A stretch of DNA of 46,365 bases, from the NCBI GenBank assembly GCA_041599235.1, contig JBFHWZ010000001.1:1-46365 (forward strand), written 5' to 3'. Source of the DNA: Candidatus Woesearchaeota archaeon. GTDB taxonomy: Archaea; Nanobdellota; Nanobdellia; Woesearchaeales; ARS49. The notes beneath the pieces were generated by a model, which saw nothing but the letters and a program-made list of their open reading frames with translations, was not told the origin of the DNA and searched no databases. A program made the position numbers and the translations under genes. Position 1 is the stretch's first letter; each line of letters starts with the position of its first letter. Below, piece by piece: positions 26,755 through 33,778 of the stretch.

Positions 26755-27723
26755 ATGACAAGCACGATTATCTGGACTGAGAAGTATCGTCCTAAAGATT
26801 TTGCTGAAATCAAGGGGCAGCAAGAGATTGTCAAGCGCATCAAGGCATTGGTTGCGCAAAAGAACATCCCTCATGTGCTGTTTGCAGGACCTCCCGGAGT
26901 GGGCAAGAGCACACTGGCCTTGGTTATGGCGCGCCAGCTGTTTGGTGAGGACTGGCGGGCAAATTTTCTTGAACTGAACGCTTCTGATGAGCGCGGCATT
27001 GATGTGGTGCGCAACAAGGTTAAGGATTTTGCACGAACAAAAGCCATTGGCGATGTGCCGTTTAAGCTGATTTTTTTGGATGAATGCGATGCGCTCACCA
27101 AAGAAGCGCAACAGGCCCTGCGCAGAACCATGGAGAATTATACCAATACCTGTAGATTTATTCTTGCAGCCAACTACAGCAGCAAAATCCTTGACCCTAT
27201 TCAGTCACGCTGTGCATTATTCAGGTTTAAGCTGCTTGAGACGAAAGATATGCATGCTTTGATTGATACTATTGCCAAGCAGGAAGGCTTGACCGTTGAT
27301 GACGCAGCAAAAGCCGCGCTGGTGCAAGTGAGTGAAGGTGATTGCAGGCGCTTTGAAAACTTATTGCAAAGCTGTGCAGCTGTTGACAAGAAGATCACTG
27401 ATAAATTGGTCTTTTCCATAGCAAGCGTAGCGCAACCGCAGGACATTAAGCAAGTGGTAGAGCTTGCACTGGCAGGTGATTTTATTCGTGCGCGTGAAAA
27501 ACTCTTGTCAGTCATGCTTGAGTATGGACTTTCAGGCATTGATGTGGTGAAGCAATTGCAAAAAGAAATCTGGACTGTTGAGCTTGCCAAACGTGATAAA
27601 GTGGCTGCAATTGACAAGTGCGGTGAAATTGAGTTTCGGTTAGTAGAAGGCAGTGATGAGTTTGTGCAGCTTGAGGCATTACTGGCACATCTTACGACGC
27701 TTGGCCAGAGCTCTTCACAATAA
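26755..27723 (+). CDS. rfcS: Replication factor C small subunit
   Basis: WTEKYRPK, GPPGVGKST, FLDECD, SRC, all contiguous (no intein). Start moved to ATG 26755 because the TATA at about 26714-26725 lies before it and after the track's TTG start. Confidence 0.93.
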   Translation: MTSTIIWTEKYRPKDFAEIKGQQEIVKRIKALVAQKNIPHVLFAGPPGVGKSTLALVMARQLFGEDWRANFLELNASDERGIDVVRNKVKDFARTKAIGDVPFKLIFLDECDALTKEAQQALRRTMENYTNTCRFILAANYSSKILDPIQSRCALFRFKLLETKDMHALIDTIAKQEGLTVDDAAKAALVQVSEGDCRRFENLLQSCAAVDKKITDKLVFSIASVAQPQDIKQVVELALAGDFIRAREKLLSVMLEYGLSGIDVVKQLQKEIWTVELAKRDKVAAIDKCGEIEFRLVEGSDEFVQLEALLAHLTTLGQSSSQ

Positions 27724-28627
27724 GTTCTGTTTGAACAAATTCTTCGTAATCATACAAGGTTTCTATGCTGACAATTTGCTCAAAGTCTGTTGCAGTGGTT
27801 ACGGGCTGTGTGCAGGTTACTTTCTTGGAACCACCAAAGATGGTTGCGAAACCTTCAGCTCCTGTTGCCGTACTGGCAAGGCCCGTGCAGGTCAGCCCAG
27901 GCAGGTTGGTATTGACTTTGACCCAGACCCTGTTTTCTTTTTGCCGCGTTGTTCTATCGCAGATGCTGTTGAACTCAAAGACGCTGCCGGTGCCTGCATT
28001 GACTAAGTCAAAGCTAAAGCCGACTTTGTCTCGTGCTCTGGTTGCTTCCTGGAAGTTCTGTATCTGAATAGGGCCGCCTGAGTTGTACAATGGCTTTGCG
28101 CCAGTTACCTCGCAAATGCCTCCTTCTCGGGGATTAAGCAGGTTTCTTCTGATGCATATTTTGCTGACTGCATTAGTGCCGTAATTATAGCAGTATTCTG
28201 CGCGTACCGGGAAGCGTGCTGTTGCACCTGCAATGGATGGCAGGTAATTTAAGCCAAGGAATTCAACAAACACTGGCGGGCTCGGCAGTACTTCGCCAGT
28301 TGCCAGTTTTTGATTTGCCAGTAAGTTGTCAGGTGCTCCTGCAATAAGCTCTGCTTCTGTTTTGGCAAATTCTGCAGGATTGATGCCTGAAAGCTTGATT
28401 CTGATGTTGGTGCTCGGCACTTCATACTCTCCTTTGTTGGCTGCCTGTACAACCACATCAAAAGGATCAACGCCACTATCAAACACTTCAGAGCGCAGCT
28501 CAACAAAGCTTGCTACCACGCCTTGAGTGCCGCCTAAGTAAGGACTTTCAATATCAACTGTTTTTTCTTGGGTTTTACAGCCTACTAAGAGAACAAACAA
28601 TGCGATTAATAATAGGAGCTTCCTCAT
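27692..28627 (-). CDS. Lipobox surface protein, paralogue A (two CARDB/Ig-like-looking halves, six conserved Cys)
   Basis: MRKLLLLIALFVLLVGC lipobox. Motifs shared with B and C: GTQGVVASF, AANKGEYEV, YCYNYGTNAVSKICI, GGPIQIQN, DLVNAGTGSVF, final LYDYEEF. Own TATA on the minus strand at 28656-28664. Confidence 0.75.
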   Translation of the reverse strand: MRKLLLLIALFVLLVGCKTQEKTVDIESPYLGGTQGVVASFVELRSEVFDSGVDPFDVVVQAANKGEYEVPSTNIRIKLSGINPAEFAKTEAELIAGAPDNLLANQKLATGEVLPSPPVFVEFLGLNYLPSIAGATARFPVRAEYCYNYGTNAVSKICIRRNLLNPREGGICEVTGAKPLYNSGGPIQIQNFQEATRARDKVGFSFDLVNAGTGSVFEFNSICDRTTRQKENRVWVKVNTNLPGLTCTGLASTATGAEGFATIFGGSKKVTCTQPVTTATDFEQIVSIETLYDYEEFVQTELIVKSSGQAS

Positions 28628-28655
28628 TTTTTTAGTTTGATTACGCCTGTGTGGT

Positions 28656-28664
28656 TATTTAAAT
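28656..28664 (-). promoter_or_regulatory. BRE/TATA (minus strand AAAGATTTAAATA) for lipoprotein A
   Basis: Centre is about 33 nt upstream of ATG 28627, implying a leader of about 6 nt. It lies in the 43-nt gap after the stop of paralogue B. Confidence 0.55.
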
Positions 28665-28670
28665 CTTTCG

Positions 28671-29624
28671 TTAATAAATAGGGAGTATTTCAAGCTCTTT
28701 GAAGATGGTATTTCGATAGCCATAGCTTAAGATAACCGTAATGGGGGTGGTGTATGCATCTTCACCAAAGGTCATGAACTCGCAGAAGATGCTACCGCGG
28801 CCATTGGTTAAGCGCATGTGGCCATCGTCAAGGGGCTTGCACGTTGGCCTGATTGAGGTGCCACTTATAATAACGTCCTCTACCATAACATAATCAACTT
28901 CATCAAAGCCCAACGGTGTTGTAAAGGGGCTGCACTTATCCAAATAGTCAGCACCAAACCTAAAGACATCGCCGCTACCTACATTATGTACGCTGATTTT
29001 GAATCGTGTTCTGCGCGGGCTGGGCTCTACTTCAATATCAGAAACTGCTATGGGTGCGCCTTGGGTTCCTAAGCTCACTGCAGTCGGATAGCATACTTTT
29101 TGTTTAGTGGTTGCAGATAGTGGCTGTGGGTCAATGCAGATGGTTTCTGAAGCTATTGTTTTATAGCCATAGCAGGCTGTTGCGAGAATGCGTACTGGGA
29201 AGCGGTCAATGTTTTTTGCCCGCAAACTGCGTATGACGCCTTCAAATGATGCGCGGTCAAGTGCACCTTGAGGAACAAACTGGCTTCTGCCTTCTAAGAA
29301 CGGCAATGAATAGCCGCTGGTTCGTATGTTGGCAATAATGCTTGGATCAAATCCTGATATATAGATACGGTCGCCAGGGCCGCCAACATCATAGGTGCCT
29401 TTATTTTCCACATCAACAACTGCAAGGAACTTTTCATTGTCAAACAAGCGTTGTGGCGGCAGGTTGGGCACAAAGCTCATGCGCAATCCTTCGCTGCCAG
29501 TGCGAAATTCTGGATAGAAGTTTTCTTTGCTTGGCGCTTGGCCCCCTGGCTGGCAGCCAGCTAAGAGCAGTACTGCAAGTATGAGCATCACCTTTTTGTT
29601 CGTAAGCAGTTCTTTTTTGTTCAT
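28671..29624 (-). CDS. Lipobox surface protein, paralogue B
   Basis: MNKKELLTNKKVMLILAVLLLAGC lipobox. Shared motifs: GSEGLRMSF, VENKGTYDV, ACYGYKTIASETICI, QGAPIAVSD, SVHNVGSGDVF, LSYGYRN. Confidence 0.75.
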   Translation of the reverse strand: MNKKELLTNKKVMLILAVLLLAGCQPGGQAPSKENFYPEFRTGSEGLRMSFVPNLPPQRLFDNEKFLAVVDVENKGTYDVGGPGDRIYISGFDPSIIANIRTSGYSLPFLEGRSQFVPQGALDRASFEGVIRSLRAKNIDRFPVRILATACYGYKTIASETICIDPQPLSATTKQKVCYPTAVSLGTQGAPIAVSDIEVEPSPRRTRFKISVHNVGSGDVFRFGADYLDKCSPFTTPLGFDEVDYVMVEDVIISGTSIRPTCKPLDDGHMRLTNGRGSIFCEFMTFGEDAYTTPITVILSYGYRNTIFKELEILPIY

Positions 29625-29651
29625 TTTTTAAATACGTCAGAAATTCCACGG

Positions 29652-29660
29652 TTATAAATA
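29652..29660 (-). promoter_or_regulatory. TATA box (minus strand TATTTATAA) for lipoprotein B, bracketed by a 9-nt inverted repeat
   Basis: Centre is about 32 nt from ATG 29624, implying a leader of about 5 nt. CAGAAATTC (29638-29646) and GAATTTCTG (29670-29678) flank it. Confidence 0.5.
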
Positions 29661-29685
29661 TCTAGCGGTGAATTTCTGAGCGTGC

Positions 29686-29707
29686 TCAAAAACCCTGCGG
29701 TTTTTGA
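29686..29707 (-). terminator. Hairpin with T5 run directly after the stop of lipoprotein C
   Basis: TCAAAAACC-CTGC-GGTTTTTGA forms a perfect 9-bp stem with a 4-nt loop, 8 nt downstream of stop 29715-29717 on the minus strand. Confidence 0.4.
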
Positions 29708-29714
29708 CATTTTT

Positions 29715-30635
29715 CTAGCGCGCTGGTTTTTGAATAGTATAACTGGTTATAACATTATCAACATACCCATAGTCCATGGTGATGGTCAAGGGCGCAAGGT
29801 AGGTTCCGTATGATTGGTGAATGCCTGTAGGAAGCCTGCAGGCCACTTTGTTTTCTCCTTGGCGCAAGCGCAGGGTTTCAGGAGTGCATTGCAGATAGTC
29901 ATCGCTTAAGCGCGCTCGCACACGTACTTGGTTAAGATTTTGCAAGGGCCTGCCTGAGCACGCGTCTAAGAGCTGTCCGGTGCTGACTACTTGGCCCCTG
30001 CCGCGGTTTTCAATGTGTAGCACAAATTCAGGAGTGATGGTATCAGGGTTAGCATGCGGTAACATGCGCGGTTCAATGTTGGTTACTGCAAGTGGCGCTC
30101 CTTGGCCGCCAGCAAGACTTTGCGCTGTTGGCGCGCAGGTCTTTTGCGGAACATCACCGGTTAAATCTGTATCAACGCAAGTGGTGAGTGTTGCAGTGGT
30201 CTTGTATGGGTAACAGGCTGTGAACTGCAGGGTGGTGCTGTAGCGTTCAGTTAAAGGATCCAGTTTGCCGTTGATTATTCTGAATCCTATGCGTTCTTCA
30301 GTTCCTTGCGGATAAAAAACACTTTTACCTTGCACTGAAAAGCTGCCTGCATCAGAATCAAGCACTGTTGCATACTGGCGTTCAGTGGAAAGTTTGTAAT
30401 ATCCGCCTTGGACATCGCTTGAGCCCTTGTTGTGCAGTATCAGTGTTGCCTGCGAATAGGTTTCTTCGTACACTTCAGGGGGAGGAGCACCTTGCATGAA
30501 CTCCATGACAATGCCTTCAGTGCCATAATTGATTTCAGGCACGTCTATTGTTTCTTTTTCCTCTGGTGGTGCCATTTGCAAAGCACCACAGCCAGCAAGG
30601 AACAAGACTATGATAAGCACGAGCATTTTTTTCAT
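29715..30635 (-). CDS. Lipobox surface protein, paralogue C
   Basis: MKKMLVLIIVLFLAGC lipobox. Shared motifs: GTEGIVMEF, LHNKGSSDV, ACYPYKTTATLTTCV, QGAPLAVTN, HIENRGRGQV, MDYGYVDN. ATGA overlap with the upstream gene. Confidence 0.75.
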   Translation of the reverse strand: MKKMLVLIIVLFLAGCGALQMAPPEEKETIDVPEINYGTEGIVMEFMQGAPPPEVYEETYSQATLILHNKGSSDVQGGYYKLSTERQYATVLDSDAGSFSVQGKSVFYPQGTEERIGFRIINGKLDPLTERYSTTLQFTACYPYKTTATLTTCVDTDLTGDVPQKTCAPTAQSLAGGQGAPLAVTNIEPRMLPHANPDTITPEFVLHIENRGRGQVVSTGQLLDACSGRPLQNLNQVRVRARLSDDYLQCTPETLRLRQGENKVACRLPTGIHQSYGTYLAPLTITMDYGYVDNVITSYTIQKPAR

Positions 30636-32098
30636 GGTTGCTGTTCCACCCTAAAGCCAGTTTGTGTTTCATAGAGGTATTTGTAGTTGGCACTGACTTT
30701 GAAATTGTTGATTGCCAAGGGTGATTCTCCGAGCAAGTCTTGGGTGCTTTCTATCTCAGTATGAGCTCTAAAGCTATAGATGCTCACGTTCTTGAGCTTG
30801 GCAAGGTCTGCTGCAGGAAGCTGATAGACATTAACTAAAGCAGGATCACACACTGCTTGCTCGTCAGTATCTAATGAACTGCAGTCAACAGCTTGCACAT
30901 CAATGCCGTTGATGTCAGTGACTTTCAGCCCTTTAGGAACGTAAAATATGAGCTTGGTTATTTCTTTTATTTTGCCTGTCCAGGCATTGGTGACTGAAGC
31001 GCCAATAGTTGGCCCTTTTTCTCCTTGTGCAATGCCAATTGGCTGTGAGCCAAAGCCCATGCCAATAGCTACAGGTCCTGAAGTGTAAATCGTAGTGGGT
31101 TGTTTGTCTGGAATGCCTTCTAGTGGGTCAACTTGCCGCCTGCGGTAATCACGCAAGCGTTCTTTGTCCATAAAGTAGGCTTTATGATATGCTCGAGTGC
31201 CAAAGTCAAAGTCTGCGCTGAGCTTTCCTGTGTAATAGCCTTCTGGCAAGTTATCGAAGACGCAGTCAATGTCTGTTTCTTCAAACGTCTCCACCCTAAA
31301 CGTTTTTGTTGGGATGATTGCATTTGCAGGGGTGTTGTCTGCTTTGCATTCTATGTTGATGGTTATGGGCTTGTCTAAGGTTTCTGCTTTGAGGTTTGCA
31401 AAGAGCGTGACTGGCTCATTGACAAAGAACCTGCTTGCTGCAGGCCGCAGATTTTGCAGGAACACTCCTAGGCGTTTAGTGGCTGCTTGATCAACTGTGC
31501 CAGTGTAGTAATCACCTTTAGCTATCGCTATTTCTTCTTCAACTGTTTTCCAGAACTGTGCTCTGAAGCCTATGAGTCCTTGCCACATATTTACCGTAGC
31601 TTGGTTGACTGCGTGCAGGAAATATCTGAGCACCATACCCGGACTGAGCATGGGCACATCAGGAATATCATAATACTGATTTGCATAGTCCATGATAGGC
31701 TCACCAAATGAGAAAATCATAAGGCCAAACCAAAACAATAGGAAAAATAAGCCAAACAAGCGCACTTTATTTTTGCCGATTAAGTACCAGACCCATATGG
31801 GGTTGACCATGAAAAACATGATGCTTGTTGCAGTGGTGAACTTCGCAACAAACCCTAAGAGCGGCAAAGCAAGTATGGAAATGAGGGTAACAAAGAATAG
31901 TTCTTTTCTGCTTTCTTTGATAATGCCGCTTGCAAGCCAGGCAACAAATACATATCCGAAAATCGCAACGGACCAGCCAGCAATTGTTATGGGTCTGCCA
32001 GGATGGCGAAGAAAACTGTCAAGGATGTGAACAAGAATAGCAAAAATTAAAACTAAGTATCCTTTCGGCTCTCTATCAACAGGGGTTCTATCAGCCAT
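30632..32098 (-). CDS. Polytopic membrane protein (about 5 N-terminal TM helices) with ~350-aa ectodomain
   Basis: Hydrophobic segments lie between residues ~14 and ~130. The ectodomain has 4 Cys and motifs loosely echoing the lipoproteins (FDFGTRAYHKAY, SGPVAIGMG, VTNAWTGKI, ANYKYLYE). It starts 1 nt after the stop of the upstream gene. Confidence 0.7.
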   Translation of the reverse strand: MADRTPVDREPKGYLVLIFAILVHILDSFLRHPGRPITIAGWSVAIFGYVFVAWLASGIIKESRKELFFVTLISILALPLLGFVAKFTTATSIMFFMVNPIWVWYLIGKNKVRLFGLFFLLFWFGLMIFSFGEPIMDYANQYYDIPDVPMLSPGMVLRYFLHAVNQATVNMWQGLIGFRAQFWKTVEEEIAIAKGDYYTGTVDQAATKRLGVFLQNLRPAASRFFVNEPVTLFANLKAETLDKPITINIECKADNTPANAIIPTKTFRVETFEETDIDCVFDNLPEGYYTGKLSADFDFGTRAYHKAYFMDKERLRDYRRRQVDPLEGIPDKQPTTIYTSGPVAIGMGFGSQPIGIAQGEKGPTIGASVTNAWTGKIKEITKLIFYVPKGLKVTDINGIDVQAVDCSSLDTDEQAVCDPALVNVYQLPAADLAKLKNVSIYSFRAHTEIESTQDLLGESPLAINNFKVSANYKYLYETQTGFRVEQQP

Positions 32099-32099
32099 T

Positions 32100-33248
32100 T
32101 CATTCTACGCGTACTTCTACTTTGACAATGTTAAGTGCTGTCAAAGGAAGAATTTCAATAAAGTTATTGCCTTCAACTATAACAGGGGTGATGTCTCGGG
32201 TAAAGCGCGGTTCTCTTTGGTCAATCACATCTAATCTGCCATTAATATTTGTTTGCGCACCTTTCAATCTGCGGTCATCAACAAACTGAATATCAAGCAC
32301 AATGCTTGCAGCACCTTGCTGCACTGCATCCCACAAGCGTGGTTCAACATTGAAATAATCAATAAAGCCTTTGCTTGGCTTGAGGAAGGTCTTTAAGCGC
32401 AACTGCTCAACACCAAAGCTGCCTCTGCTTGCTCTGATGGTCAGAACATTTTTGCCCAGCTTGAGGTCTTCTTTGAAAATATCTTGCCTGTTCAGGCTTT
32501 CACAGGCAGGAACGCCTGAGAAGATGATTTCATCATTGAGGGTGATTTCCATAGCGCCAACAGTTGCTTGGCTGCAGAGCGGATAAAAGTCTAGGAATGC
32601 GCTTTCAAAATTATTGTATTCTTCTTCTGAAATAGGTATGGTTTCAAGAGCGCGTTGCTTGCGCACATCAGTTACATCACCAATGACTTTGATATCTCTG
32701 AATTCATAAGTCTTGGTTGGTATGCCAAAGCCTTGGACCTCGAATTTGAGCGTGTTTTGTTGGCGCAAGTATTCTGGTCTGATTGATACGGGCGCTGGAT
32801 TTTGAACAGTGATGCTTCCTTCAAAGATTTGGAATCCGTTGATGCTGATAACCAGGGTGCCTTTGTGCACTGGTGTTTGGAAGCTGAGCATGACATTTCC
32901 TGTGTTTGCAGGGTCTGCTACGGGAAAGGTGATTTCTTTGAATGCGTCGCCATAGAGGCCTTTTGAAATAGTGAAGGGGCTGAGCGTGGTGAGTATCTGT
33001 GCTTCGCGCCCTTCTTGTAGGTATATGTTAGGCAGGTAATGGTCGCGTTCGCGTGCTCCAACAAATTCAAGGCTGCCAACTGGTGCGAGCAAAAGCACAT
33101 TGCTGCCTGGTGCTCCTGGCGGTAGTTCTGTTATTTCTTCATCTGCTAGCAGCGCTTCGCGCTCTGCTGGTGGTAAGAAGAGGATGTAAAAGATAAAGAG
33201 AAGGGTGATGATGCCAATGAGTGCTCCTACTTGCGCCTTCTTGTTCAT
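32100..33248 (-). CDS. Bitopic (signal-anchor) surface protein with three-fold internal beta-rich repeat
   Basis: MNKKAQVGALIGIITLLFIFYILF anchor. Repeats: ISINGFQIFEG..QNTLKFEV, ITLNDEIIFSG..GKNVLTIRA, TNINGRLDVI..GNNFIEILP. Start moved from 33317 to ATG 33248 because the minus-strand TATA 33292-33299 and SD GGTGA 33254-33258 lie inside the longer ORF. Confidence 0.7.
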   Translation of the reverse strand: MNKKAQVGALIGIITLLFIFYILFLPPAEREALLADEEITELPPGAPGSNVLLLAPVGSLEFVGARERDHYLPNIYLQEGREAQILTTLSPFTISKGLYGDAFKEITFPVADPANTGNVMLSFQTPVHKGTLVISINGFQIFEGSITVQNPAPVSIRPEYLRQQNTLKFEVQGFGIPTKTYEFRDIKVIGDVTDVRKQRALETIPISEEEYNNFESAFLDFYPLCSQATVGAMEITLNDEIIFSGVPACESLNRQDIFKEDLKLGKNVLTIRASRGSFGVEQLRLKTFLKPSKGFIDYFNVEPRLWDAVQQGAASIVLDIQFVDDRRLKGAQTNINGRLDVIDQREPRFTRDITPVIVEGNNFIEILPLTALNIVKVEVRVE

Positions 33249-33291
33249 ATATGTCACCAGTTTTTGTTTTTCTGTATTCCTTTGTTTTCTG

Positions 33292-33299
33292 TATATAAA
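33292..33299 (-). promoter_or_regulatory. TATA (minus strand CACAAAAGTTTATATA) for the 32100-33248 operon
   Basis: About 47 nt upstream of ATG 33248, with SD GGTGA in the leader. Confidence 0.55.
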
Positions 33300-33311
33300 C
33301 TTTTGTGTAAT

Positions 33312-33329
33312 AAGCAAAAGATTTATATA
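33312..33329 (+). promoter_or_regulatory. BRE/TATA AAGCAAAAGATTTATATA for the Tyr-rich protein gene
   Basis: Identical to the 18-mer at 26370-26387. The leader carries a G6 SD at 33368-33373, 7 nt before ATG 33381. Confidence 0.6.
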
Positions 33330-33380
33330 GGGGTTTTACTATTGTTTGATAGTGAAATTCAATAGCAGGGGGGATTAGTA

Positions 33381-33776
33381 ATGAAGATACAACAGCTATT
33401 ACTTGGACTGATTCTAGCAGTGCTGCTCAGCGCGCCAGTATTTGCAAGCCACACCTATGGTTATAATTATCCAACGTATGGCGGGCACAGCTATGATTAT
33501 TCATATTCTCGCAATTACGATTACACAAGCGTAAGCGAAAACGAGTACCAGCATAGCAGGTCCTACGGCGGACCATACTATCATGCCAATGGCTACAGCT
33601 ATGATTATGGCAGAAGCAGGTCATTTACGTTTGGTTCCTATTCTGAAACAGAGCATGCCTCAGGCAACAGCTATGGCGGCTATGGTGGCAGATCATATGG
33701 CCGATATCACTATCCATACAGCAGCTATGGCAGTCCTTATTACCGTAACAGCAATTACAGATATTACAGCTACTGA
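33381..33776 (+). CDS. Secreted low-complexity Tyr/Gly/Ser/Asn/Arg-rich protein
   Basis: Signal peptide MKIQQLLLGLILAVLLSAPVFA|SH. By my count the mature ~108 aa contain 30 Tyr and no Lys, Leu, Ile, Met, Trp or Cys. There is a strong promoter and SD. Confidence 0.7.
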   Translation: MKIQQLLLGLILAVLLSAPVFASHTYGYNYPTYGGHSYDYSYSRNYDYTSVSENEYQHSRSYGGPYYHANGYSYDYGRSRSFTFGSYSETEHASGNSYGGYGGRSYGRYHYPYSSYGSPYYRNSNYRYYSY

Positions 33777-33778
33777 TC

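Noticed and set aside
33170-33248. N-terminus MNKKAQVGALIGIITLLF as a class III (type IV pilin-like) signal peptide
   Set aside because: The K-A/Q junction resembles a prepilin peptidase site, but Gly at +3 does not fit the usual hydrophobic run. There is no pilus ATPase, platform or peptidase gene nearby, and the 380-aa repeat ectodomain is atypical for a pilin. It is kept as a signal anchor and remains unresolved.
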